A stretch of 34,190 bases of DNA, taken from positions 1 through 34,190 of IMG/VR virus record IMGVR_UViG_3300011337_000727; one strand, given 5' to 3'. The stretch is from a virus. Lineage: Duplodnaviria; Caudoviricetes. Numbering within the stretch: position 1 is the stretch's first letter; each line of letters begins with the position of its first letter. Below, one piece after another: positions 17,309 to 25,678 of the stretch. The position numbers and the translations under genes were made by a program. The notes beneath the pieces were generated by a model. It saw only the letters and a list, made by a program, of their open reading frames with translations. It had not been told where the DNA came from and did not search any database.

Positions 17309-17385
17309 CGCATAACTATCCTATTGCCGCAATATTGCTTGATATATCAAAGATTAGATAAGGTGTATAGTTGAACGAGTGAAAC

Positions 17386-17412
17386 GGGGGAGGCGATTGC
17401 TTCCCTCTTTTT
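17386..17412 (+). terminator. Intrinsic terminator after the cassette array
   Basis: GGGGAGGC-GATT-GCTTCCCT followed by CTTTTT. Confidence 0.6.
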
Positions 17413-17417
17413 ACATT

Positions 17418-17681
17418 ATGAAACAATCAAAAGAAAAATACGCAGACCTTTTACTCTCCGACAAATGGATGGAGAAGAGGATTAAAGTATTCAAGCGGGA
17501 TGGGTACAAGTGTCAGCATTGTGGGTTTATTCATTCTGTCTGCCTGTGGTTCATTCTGCCATTCGTGATTGTTCCGTTTCTGATTTTGCTTTATATGGAA
17601 AATAAAACAGTACAAATCCGGAGGCAGATGTTACTTTTTGCGATTCTTGGATTCATATTTGGATTCATTATATTCAAATGA
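17418..17681 (+). pseudogene. HNH-endonuclease N-terminal remnant fused to a two-TM fragment
   Basis: YADLLLSDKWMEKRIKVFKRDGYKCQHCG then an abrupt hydrophobic sequence; no HNH catalytic core. Confidence 0.55.
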
Positions 17682-17884
17682 TAAAGTTTATTCAACCGAC
17701 CGGAAAGGATTTAAAAGTATTGATTCCAATGGTGGTTTCCATACTGGATGAATCTGGAATGTGCCGTGAACAATGGACAGTTGAAAAAGCAATGGTTTTT
17801 CTGCATTCATCAAACAACTGGGAAAACCTAGTGGCTTGTTTGATTTCAAACCAAAAAGCTATATTTGAGCGATTAAAAATGTGA
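17678..17884 (+). CDS. Hypothetical protein
   Basis: 68 aa; ATGA overlap with the upstream ORF; ends before a terminator. Confidence 0.65.
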   Translation: MIKFIQPTGKDLKVLIPMVVSILDESGMCREQWTVEKAMVFLHSSNNWENLVACLISNQKAIFERLKM

Positions 17885-17901
17885 TTTGGTTAAAGTTGAC
17901 G

Positions 17902-17931
17902 AAAAAACGGCGGTCATTGATCGCCGTTTTT
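17902..17931 (+). terminator. Intrinsic (bidirectional-type) terminator
   Basis: AAAAAACGGCGGTC-ATT-GATCGCCGTTTTT. Confidence 0.8.
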
Positions 17932-17935
17932 GTTT

Positions 17936-17970
17936 GTCCTAATTTGAAGCCACCAGATTTCGCAAATTTG
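17936..17970 (+). promoter_or_regulatory. Putative late promoter (GTCCTAA-N20-CAAATTTG)
   Basis: Recurrent motif; ATG follows at 17975. Confidence 0.65.
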
Positions 17971-17974
17971 AATC

Positions 17975-18520
17975 ATGGCGGTCAAGGAACTATCTGCGGA
18001 AATGGTCGAAGAACTTCAGGATGCCGTGGCCGCATGGCTACAAATGGCAATCCTGAGAATGAAAAAAAATGCCGCAGATAAAAAGCTGAATAATACCGGC
18101 GAAAGTATTCAGTCCATCGCTGGCCGAATGGTTACCATGGATGATGGACAAATTGATGTTTTGATTGATTTCAAGAACTCAGCCAGATTTGCCGATTATC
18201 GCAAAAATGTCCAATATTCAAAGCTGCCACCGGTTGATCTTATAACGGATTGGGTATTATCCAAGGGAATTGGGGCATTTAAGTATGTTCCCGGGTATAA
18301 AAACTCCAACAAAAGACTGGTGGACACTGTTGCCGCCAGGCGAATTGCCTGGGGAGTGGCGGTGAAACGATATGAAAAAGGATATGGCCGCCGTAAACCA
18401 TGGTTTGCCAAGTTAATGTATGGGCCATTAATCGCCCAGCTGATTCAGACTTCAATTGATGTAATTGGCACATCATCAACAAAGCTTTTTGAATATAATT
18501 TAGACAAAGAAATTGGATAA
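17975..18520 (+). CDS. Putative neck/tail-completion protein (HK97 gp10-like)
   Basis: Basic, 181 aa; NTGESIQSI, ARFAD.., RRKPWF motifs; directly before the tape measure. Confidence 0.55.
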   Translation: MAVKELSAEMVEELQDAVAAWLQMAILRMKKNAADKKLNNTGESIQSIAGRMVTMDDGQIDVLIDFKNSARFADYRKNVQYSKLPPVDLITDWVLSKGIGAFKYVPGYKNSNKRLVDTVAARRIAWGVAVKRYEKGYGRRKPWFAKLMYGPLIAQLIQTSIDVIGTSSTKLFEYNLDKEIG

Positions 18521-20997
18521 TGGCTGGTAATAAAACTGAAACACAAATTGGTCTAAAGATCAACGGCGAAATCGCTGCCAAAACGATTAAGGAACTAGAA
18601 ACCGAGGTTAAGAATCTTAATCGAGAAATGCGATTACTCCCTGTGGGCAGTCAGGAATTTGCTGATAAGGCAAAGGAACTGGGCACCGCAACCAACCGGC
18701 TGAACGAGGTGAGGGATGCCACTAAACAAGTGCGCCAGCAGATGAAGGAATTAGGTGATGGGGCCAAGAAAGCCAATGCCGATATTCTAGGAATGACCAA
18801 TACTGGGCGAATGATTCAGGACTTTGCAACCACATTTGGATCGGTAAGAACTGCAATCATGGCGAATGTGGCGGCAATGGGTGCATTAAGGATTGCCTTG
18901 GCTGCCACAGGTATCGGCGCAATCGTTTTGGCGCTTACATCGCTTTATACATGGTTTACCAAAACAGATGAAGGAGCCAAAAAACTGGAAGGGATAATGA
19001 CCGGATTGGGGTTGGCATTCAAAATTGTTACCGCAGTGGTGGCGCAGCTTGGTGAAGCTATTTTTAAAGCATTTGAAAACCCAAAACAGGCATTAATTGA
19101 TTTGGGCGATTTGGTCTTGAATAACCTAATCAACCGATTCACGGCTTTCGGAGTTATTTTGGAAGGTATATTATCGGCGGATATGGAGAAAATAGCCAAT
19201 GGAACTATTCAATTAACTACAGGAATCGAGGATGCGACCACCAAAGCGAAAGAATTCAATAAGGAATTGAGCGCTGCCGTATCGGTTGGTAATCAATTGG
19301 CTGAACTAAACGACAAGCTTGACGAGGATTCAGCCAATAATCTGGTGAAATCAGCCCAACTGGAGCAGCAAATTACCCGGTTAATTCTTCAATCTAAGGA
19401 TCGGACTAAATCAGAGCAAGACAGGCTGGCAATATTGGATCGTGCATCTGCCCTGGAAAGGCAGAAACTAGCCGAAGATTTAGCCATTGCAAAGCAAAAG
19501 ACTGAAATCGCCAAACTTGAATTTGACCAATTAGGCGAAAATGATATTGCATCAGATGAAGCTAGGCGAAAATTTAAGGAAGCCCAGGCGGAAGAAATTG
19601 CATTGCGTACTGAATCTATAAATCTTCAGGAGAAAATCACAAATCGCCGGAATCAATTGCTGGATTCAATAGATGAGGCTAGCCAGAAGAGTCGGGATTC
19701 AGAAGCGAAAGCCCAGGAAGAAGCCGATAAAGCAGCGCTAGATTATGCTAGGAAGCTGACAGATTTAAGAATTGCCAACATTAAGGATGAATATGACCGG
19801 AAGGAGGCCGAAATTATGGTCGCATTTGAAAGGGAGTTGGCCACATTACAGGCAAATGGACAATTGACCGCTGAGATTGCCATCGAACTGGAGAACAAAC
19901 AGGATGCAGCATTATTGCAAAACCGACTAGATCGTGAAGCTGCCGAGAAAGAGCGCAAAAAGAAGAAAGCAGAGGACCAAATTAAAGCCGGGGAAGAGGA
20001 AATCGCACTGGAGGAAGAGCGGCAAACCATTGCCGTTGAAAAGCTGGTGGCATCTGAAACCATTAAAGAGGAAAGAATATTTCAAGTGAAACGCCTGGGA
20101 CTTGAAAAGCGATTAAAACTTCTTCAGGATTTAGGACAGGCAGAAAGCACAGAAGCCAAAAAAATCGGTTTGGCAATCGAAAAGCTGGATGTTGAGCAAT
20201 CGAAAAAAAGAATTGATCTGGCAAAAAAGACCGCAGTAAACGAAGAACAGTTATCGGCGGCACGGCTTGATTTATTTAAGGGCACAGTCGGAGGCATTAA
20301 AGCTGCATTGGCTGAGGATGAAGGAAACAGAAGGCGATTCAGCGGTATCATTAAGGCATTGACCGTGGCAGAAATTGCCATTTCCGGAGTAAAGGAAATT
20401 CAGGGAATCTGGGCCAATGCCAACCTGAACGCATTAAACGCTGTGATTCCCGGATGGGGGCCAGCATTTGCCACTATTCAGTCCTCTTTTGCCATCGCCA
20501 GAACTTCATTTGCTGCTGCGAAAGCCGGAGGAATCACATTTGAAAGAGGCGGAATGATTACTCCGAAGGGTGGTTACCTATCAGAAGGCAGCCGACATTC
20601 GGCTGGAGGAATTCACCTTACCGATGGCAGTACAGGAGCGCACCTGGGAGAGGTGGAAAGGGGTGAATTCTTGACAGTATTCAGCCGGACTGCATATCAA
20701 AACAACAAGGGCACAATTGATGCGCTTTTGAATTCAAGTTTATACCGTGGTGGTGCGCCAGTGGAGGGCCGCAAATATGCCGATGGTGGAATGATTGATC
20801 TTAATACCAAAGCTGGCCCAGGCGGAGATTCCGGAGCCGTAAATGTTTCCCTGGCACAAGCACAAATTGCAGAGATGCGCCAGCTTAATGCGGCATTTGC
20901 GGCATTCCCGAAACAACTGTCTGCCGTGGTGGTGTATGAGCAGCAGCAAAGGCAGCTATCAGATGCAGCACGAATCGAAAGCCGAGCCAATAGTTAA
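18520..20997 (+). CDS. Tail tape measure protein
   Basis: 825 aa, Ala-rich coiled coil; ALAATGIGAIVLAL; C-terminal FERGG..HSAGGI..EVERGE..YADGG. Confidence 0.9.
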   Translation: MAGNKTETQIGLKINGEIAAKTIKELETEVKNLNREMRLLPVGSQEFADKAKELGTATNRLNEVRDATKQVRQQMKELGDGAKKANADILGMTNTGRMIQDFATTFGSVRTAIMANVAAMGALRIALAATGIGAIVLALTSLYTWFTKTDEGAKKLEGIMTGLGLAFKIVTAVVAQLGEAIFKAFENPKQALIDLGDLVLNNLINRFTAFGVILEGILSADMEKIANGTIQLTTGIEDATTKAKEFNKELSAAVSVGNQLAELNDKLDEDSANNLVKSAQLEQQITRLILQSKDRTKSEQDRLAILDRASALERQKLAEDLAIAKQKTEIAKLEFDQLGENDIASDEARRKFKEAQAEEIALRTESINLQEKITNRRNQLLDSIDEASQKSRDSEAKAQEEADKAALDYARKLTDLRIANIKDEYDRKEAEIMVAFERELATLQANGQLTAEIAIELENKQDAALLQNRLDREAAEKERKKKKAEDQIKAGEEEIALEEERQTIAVEKLVASETIKEERIFQVKRLGLEKRLKLLQDLGQAESTEAKKIGLAIEKLDVEQSKKRIDLAKKTAVNEEQLSAARLDLFKGTVGGIKAALAEDEGNRRRFSGIIKALTVAEIAISGVKEIQGIWANANLNALNAVIPGWGPAFATIQSSFAIARTSFAAAKAGGITFERGGMITPKGGYLSEGSRHSAGGIHLTDGSTGAHLGEVERGEFLTVFSRTAYQNNKGTIDALLNSSLYRGGAPVEGRKYADGGMIDLNTKAGPGGDSGAVNVSLAQAQIAEMRQLNAAFAAFPKQLSAVVVYEQQQRQLSDAARIESRANS

Positions 20998-21010
20998 TTC
21001 CAGATTTATT

Positions 21011-21097
21011 TTCTGTTTATTTTTTTTATGAAAATGATTTTGAATCTTTTTTGAAACATCAATAAAGTTCATTAAAGTTGCAAAAAAATAAACAGAA
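21011..21097 (+). promoter_or_regulatory. Housekeeping-sigma-type promoter enclosed by a 16-bp inverted repeat
   Basis: TTTG (21050)-N19-TAAAGTTG (21073-80); IR TTCTGTTTATTTTTTT (21011-26) / AAAAAAATAAACAGAA (21082-97). Confidence 0.6.
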
Positions 21098-21101
21098 CAA
21101 A

Positions 21102-21317
21102 ATGGCGATAAGACGAAAAGATCGACCGCAATATTTGGCGGTTTTAAATGAAGTCAAAGGATTGACTTATTTTGGATACACTGATAAAGTGATTTCCGCA
21201 GCGCAGAAAAAAGGAATGCCAGTTACGCAGAGTCAAGTGTACAGGGTTATTTCTGGACAGTTTAAAGACTGGGCATTGTTAAATGAAATTAAAGAAGTTC
21301 TGGCTGAGGAAATATGA
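21102..21317 (+). CDS. Small Cro-like DNA-binding protein
   Basis: VTQSQVYRVISG helix pattern; first gene of the replication operon. Confidence 0.55.
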   Translation: MAIRRKDRPQYLAVLNEVKGLTYFGYTDKVISAAQKKGMPVTQSQVYRVISGQFKDWALLNEIKEVLAEEI

Positions 21318-24181
21318 AAAACATTCAAGTAAGTTTTTTTGAAGGCGGAATCGCCGTTACGAAGCCGACCAGAAATGTTTCTTTGGATCAGGCAGTGGAA
21401 TACATCCGGGAAGGAAAAGGATATGCTACCATCCGCCCAGTGCGAATTGAAACTGATGAAAAGAAAAAGAAGGAACTGAAAAAACGGTGTTCCTATTTTA
21501 CCTTTTCCGGCACTTTTTCCGCAAGAAATGCGGCGAGTTTGGAAAAGCATTCTGGACTGATCACATTAGATTTTGATAATGTCGGTGATGTGGAGGCGGT
21601 CGCACTCCAACTGATGGAAGATCGTTACATCATGGTGATGTTCAGGTCAACCGGTGGCGAGGGATTGAAAGCACTGGCGAAGATTGATCCTGATAAACAT
21701 CTTGAATCATTCAATTCCCTGGCAAAGTATTTTCATCACAAATATGGGCTGGAACTGGATGCATCCGGGAAAGACATTTGTCGTGCCTGTTTTGAATCAA
21801 TCGATGAAAACATATATGTGAACGAGGATTCCAGTGTTTATCTGCCGGACATCGAAATGGACATTGATATGGAAACCGGTGAGGTATTGACCAATGTCAG
21901 GCAGTTTCAACCATATGAAGTGAAATCAGAATTTGACTATGTTCAGGGAATTGTCAATCAGGTCAATCTTTTCAAAATCGATTTAACAACCGGTTACAAC
22001 GAATGGCTGAAAATCGGATTTTCTCTGGCATCACTGGGCGAAGCTGGCAGACATTTATTTCATGAGGTAAGCGGAAATAATCCCGATTACAACGAAAAGG
22101 ATTGCGATCTAAAGTTTGACAATTGTCTGAAAACAACCACATGGCGCGATCCGGCTTATTTCCTGAGCCAAGCGAAAAAAGCTGGATGCGATATGCGGAA
22201 ATTTATTCGTACAGAATCGGTTCAGCCGGTACGGAAATCCGGAAATCAGGGCAGCGCCGAGGAACCAGAAGAAATGGTCAACAATGTGCTGGTGATTCGT
22301 TTCCCGGTGAAGCTGACAAAATCAGAGGAAAAGGAATGCGGTGATTTTGTTCGGAAATATGGGTTTCTAAGCTGGAAGAATATTACCTACATCGGCAAAA
22401 TTCGGGATGGAGAAATGACTTTCGAACCAAAGTCAAATTTCACGATGGCACCGCACTACCTAGTGACTGATGAAGAAGGTAAAACAACCAGGATCATTGA
22501 ATTTGTTAATTCAAAAAAGGAACGCAGAATTGACCATATCACCACCGATGCATTTGTTTCCGTGGATTCATTTGCGAAATATGTGGAGAGGGGAAATTTC
22601 TGGTCACTATTTGATCGCCGTGAGTGGACCAAAGTAAAATCGTGGCTTTATGAGGTAACACCAGCGGCCAAAGAAATCAACACACTGGGCCAACAGGACG
22701 ATGGATTCTTTGCGTTTTCAAATGGAATCCTGGCAGATGGTAAATTTCACGAAATCAACAACCTTGGAATCGTGACTTTGAAAACGAAAAACTATTTCTT
22801 CCCGGCACTTTCGGACATATACCGGAACAACCGGATGACTTACCAATTCGAAAGGGAGTTTGTACATGTAAAACGCAACATCGCATTCAGCAGCTGGGCA
22901 GAATTGTTTTGCAAGGTGTATGGCGAGAATGGCCGCATCGGATTAATGTATTGCTGCATGGCGATGTTTTCGGACATCATATTCAAGACCGATGGATTTT
23001 TCCCAATGCTTTATTTATACGGCAAACCGGAGTCAGGGAAATCAACCATGGCATATTCGATTTTAAGTCTATTGCACAAAACAGAAGGCAAATCGGTCGG
23101 CAGTAACATCAATTCAGTATCAATGGCGGCACTATTTAGGAAGCTTGGACAAGTCCGTAACGGAATGGTTCTGCTGGAGGAATACAACAATGAATTGGAC
23201 ACGAAACAAGTCGAAATTCTAAAACAAATCTGGAACCGGGATGCATACTTAAAAGCCGATTCTTCTCAGTCAAATACCTCAAATAGGACTGTGAGCCATC
23301 AGATTGAATCCAGTGTTGTTATAACTGGTCAGCACTTACCGGTGGCTGATGTGGCACTGTTCACCAGAGTGGTTCTTCTTCAGTTTTTCAAAAACGATGG
23401 CTTTTCCGAAGAATCCATGGAATTGATTTCCGATTTGAAATCGCTGCAAAACGAATCATTGACACAAATTGCCACAAGCATTTTAAAGCACCGCCCAGAG
23501 ATGGAGGAAAATTATGCTGCAAATTATAAGCATTGGAAAAAGCGTTTCGCCAAGCGATTTGTGGGCACCAATGTCAGCCGGATCGGGCAACACTGCGCCA
23601 TCGTAATGGCGATTTATCAAACCTTATCCAGTAAGATGAATTTTCCATTTATCGAAGATGAACTCCGGATCAGTTTGGAAAAAATTGCCGAGGCCCAAAA
23701 TGGCATGATGCAGAATTCAGAGGAATCAAGTCAATTCTGGGAGGCCATGACCTACCTGGTGCATTCAGGAATTTTGGAAGAGAATCGCCAATTTACATTC
23801 CGGGAATTGAATGCCATTGCCGTGCGGAAGGATTCTGCCAAATCAGAAACGATTGTGAATTTTGCACAGACCACCGAGGTGGTGTTTATTCGGTTGAATC
23901 AAATTCAGCCGGTATATGCCAAGGAAATGCGCCAGCGAGGTCAGAAATATATGGACTCCGACACGCTCCGGAGTTATTTAAAAAATTCTCCGGCCTACAT
24001 CGGAGAAAAGAAGTCCATGAAGTTCGGAGAAAGCAATTCATCGGCCATGGTTTTCAATTACACCATTCTTCAAGATGATTTCAGCATCCGGAAAATCAGT
24101 TATATGGCTGACACTAGCGAAACACAACTGGCAGTTCCGGATCATCTTCCACAAGTCGAGTATAATTCAGTCCCCTTTTAA
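21314..24181 (+). CDS. Primase-helicase (BT4734/VirE-N primase domain + PriCT-2 + P-loop helicase)
   Basis: FSGTF..HSGLITLDFD..STGGEGLK..D.SGKDICRACF; YNEWLKIGFSLA (PriCT-2); Walker A GKPESGKST; Walker B LLEEY. Confidence 0.85.
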   Translation: MKNIQVSFFEGGIAVTKPTRNVSLDQAVEYIREGKGYATIRPVRIETDEKKKKELKKRCSYFTFSGTFSARNAASLEKHSGLITLDFDNVGDVEAVALQLMEDRYIMVMFRSTGGEGLKALAKIDPDKHLESFNSLAKYFHHKYGLELDASGKDICRACFESIDENIYVNEDSSVYLPDIEMDIDMETGEVLTNVRQFQPYEVKSEFDYVQGIVNQVNLFKIDLTTGYNEWLKIGFSLASLGEAGRHLFHEVSGNNPDYNEKDCDLKFDNCLKTTTWRDPAYFLSQAKKAGCDMRKFIRTESVQPVRKSGNQGSAEEPEEMVNNVLVIRFPVKLTKSEEKECGDFVRKYGFLSWKNITYIGKIRDGEMTFEPKSNFTMAPHYLVTDEEGKTTRIIEFVNSKKERRIDHITTDAFVSVDSFAKYVERGNFWSLFDRREWTKVKSWLYEVTPAAKEINTLGQQDDGFFAFSNGILADGKFHEINNLGIVTLKTKNYFFPALSDIYRNNRMTYQFEREFVHVKRNIAFSSWAELFCKVYGENGRIGLMYCCMAMFSDIIFKTDGFFPMLYLYGKPESGKSTMAYSILSLLHKTEGKSVGSNINSVSMAALFRKLGQVRNGMVLLEEYNNELDTKQVEILKQIWNRDAYLKADSSQSNTSNRTVSHQIESSVVITGQHLPVADVALFTRVVLLQFFKNDGFSEESMELISDLKSLQNESLTQIATSILKHRPEMEENYAANYKHWKKRFAKRFVGTNVSRIGQHCAIVMAIYQTLSSKMNFPFIEDELRISLEKIAEAQNGMMQNSEESSQFWEAMTYLVHSGILEENRQFTFRELNAIAVRKDSAKSETIVNFAQTTEVVFIRLNQIQPVYAKEMRQRGQKYMDSDTLRSYLKNSPAYIGEKKSMKFGESNSSAMVFNYTILQDDFSIRKISYMADTSETQLAVPDHLPQVEYNSVPF

Positions 24182-24186
24182 TATTT

Positions 24187-24378
24187 ATGGCAGATTTTTC
24201 ACTTTGCAAAAATTACCTATGCCCGATGTCGGAAAACTGTGAGCGGTTCACGACAAAGCCGGATTATTATTATCAATCTTATTCGCAATTTGAGCCGGAC
24301 GACGAGGGCAATTGTGAATACTTTCGAGAAGTAAAAATTTTTAATTCTGAAAATTATGAAGGCGAATCTGATTTTTGA
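24187..24378 (+). CDS. Small Cys-rich protein
   Basis: MADFSLC..CP..ENCERF..QSY..CEYF, a pattern common in small phage proteins. Confidence 0.7.
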   Translation: MADFSLCKNYLCPMSENCERFTTKPDYYYQSYSQFEPDDEGNCEYFREVKIFNSENYEGESDF

Positions 24379-24586
24379 CCTGGACGATTACGATGACAAT
24401 TTCGCGCATCGTAGATGCATGAAGGCATTGGAAATGGCATTGGCAATAAATGAAATTGAAATGGTTCTGAGTACTCAATTGAAAAAAAGCGAGGATGAAA
24501 AAACCATTGATGGATTGATTTTGCAAGGTAAAATTCAAACTATTTTGGATCGCCATGACATTAATGTGAATCTGTTGATTGAATAA
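24356..24586 (+). CDS. Hypothetical protein
   Basis: MKANLIFDL..; coupled operon. Confidence 0.7.
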   Translation: MKANLIFDLDDYDDNFAHRRCMKALEMALAINEIEMVLSTQLKKSEDEKTIDGLILQGKIQTILDRHDINVNLLIE

Positions 24587-24589
24587 TTT

Positions 24590-24916
24590 ATGGTTTACCA
24601 GTTTAATTTGGAAAAGATACCAATTGCAAAATTTGAAACCTTAAAAGAGGCATCGGAATCAATTGGAATCAGCTGGAAAACCATCAGTTCTGCAATCATC
24701 AACGAAAATAAATGCCACGGAAAATGGTTCTTTTCCAAGCATCCGGAATTCAATCCGGATCGAGTTTATTATGAGGAACCATTATCCGTGAAATCATCCA
24801 TCATTCTAACAAAAACAATGTCGGATGATTTAATTACCCTATCTGGGCAGAGAAATAAACAAACCATCATCCGGAACTTAATTGCGGACTGGATTAAAAT
24901 GGAAAAGCAAAAATGA
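24590..24916 (+). CDS. NUMOD1-like DNA-binding protein
   Basis: VYQFNLEKIPIAKFETLKEASESIGISWKTISSAI fits NUMOD1; no nuclease domain. Confidence 0.65.
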   Translation: MVYQFNLEKIPIAKFETLKEASESIGISWKTISSAIINENKCHGKWFFSKHPEFNPDRVYYEEPLSVKSSIILTKTMSDDLITLSGQRNKQTIIRNLIADWIKMEKQK

Positions 24917-25152
24917 AAAGGATTTTGATTTGCCTGGTAATGATGGCTTGCAAAAAACAGGACTGCCAAACCTGTACGCAGACACTGGCGGAAGATTACT
25001 ACCCGGCGAGAAATGACTATCCAAAAACGACTTCCAGTTCATACTATTCATGCGGACCAAATAACTCCTGGATCGGGGAGCAAATCAATGTTCAAAGGTT
25101 TATTTTAAAAGACACCTTGGTCACCAAAATTTTAACCGTGGATTGCAAATGA
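24913..25152 (+). CDS. Putative lipoprotein
   Basis: MKRILICLVMMA-C-KKQDC lipobox-like signal; several Cys. Confidence 0.6.
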   Translation: MKRILICLVMMACKKQDCQTCTQTLAEDYYPARNDYPKTTSSSYYSCGPNNSWIGEQINVQRFILKDTLVTKILTVDCK

Positions 25153-25334
25153 GGTTAATATTTGCTTTTTGTTTGCTTTTTTTATCCAGCTGCTATCGGC
25201 GATTTATTTTTAATCACAGCAATCAAAAATGGGATTTGTATATGGGCCGAGGAAAGCCTTTTAGAAGTAAAAAACATCCGACAAAAGCAAAGCACACACC
25301 GAATCCGTATTACATCAAGATTAAAGAAAAATAA
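25149..25334 (+). CDS. Putative small basic lipoprotein
   Basis: MRLIFAFCLLFLSS-C lipobox. Confidence 0.55.
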   Translation: MRLIFAFCLLFLSSCYRRFIFNHSNQKWDLYMGRGKPFRSKKHPTKAKHTPNPYYIKIKEK

Positions 25335-25342
25335 GTAAAAAC

Positions 25343-25678
25343 ATGGAAACAGAAGAACGCAGTAAAATCAATGTCTATTATTGCCAAAATCGGCACATGA
25401 CATTTACAACGGAGCCAATCATTCCAGAATGGCTGGCACCAATCAAAATCACTTGTCCCAAATGCCACACCCCGGCAGAATCATGTTATTACCCTGAGTC
25501 AATCCAGGATCGAGAAGATTTGATTGAAATAAAATTTTTTAAGCCAGTTGATTTCCGGCAGATTCAAAAAAGTTTGGAAGTCAATCGGCCAAACGAAGTC
25601 TGGACAATGGGCAGAGCCAGGGACATTTTCGACAAACTAATTTTTCAGAAACAGTTTTTTTACATTAAAATAAAATGA
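25343..25678 (+). CDS. Zn-ribbon-like hypothetical protein
   Basis: YYCQNRH..ITCPKC. Confidence 0.6.
   Translation: METEERSKINVYYCQNRHMTFTTEPIIPEWLAPIKITCPKCHTPAESCYYPESIQDREDLIEIKFFKPVDFRQIQKSLEVNRPNEVWTMGRARDIFDKLIFQKQFFYIKIK

Larger units (their letters stand above)
15477..17316. mobile_element. Integron-like gene cassette array without integrase (CALIN-like), four cassettes
   Basis: Four attC-like hairpins alternate with four ORFs; cassette-specific complementary ends; composition differs from the phage core. Confidence 0.85.

Noticed and set aside
17311-17340. ATTGCCGCAATATTG as the left arm of a fifth attC
   Set aside because: No complementary right arm or GTTA core follows at a suitable distance. 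The resemblance to site 0 rests on the self-palindrome CAATATTG.
17881-18520. Programmed-frameshift tail chaperone pair before the tape measure
   Set aside because: Only one credible ORF precedes the tape measure. ORF 17881..18081 spans a terminator and promoter, and I found no convincing slippery site.
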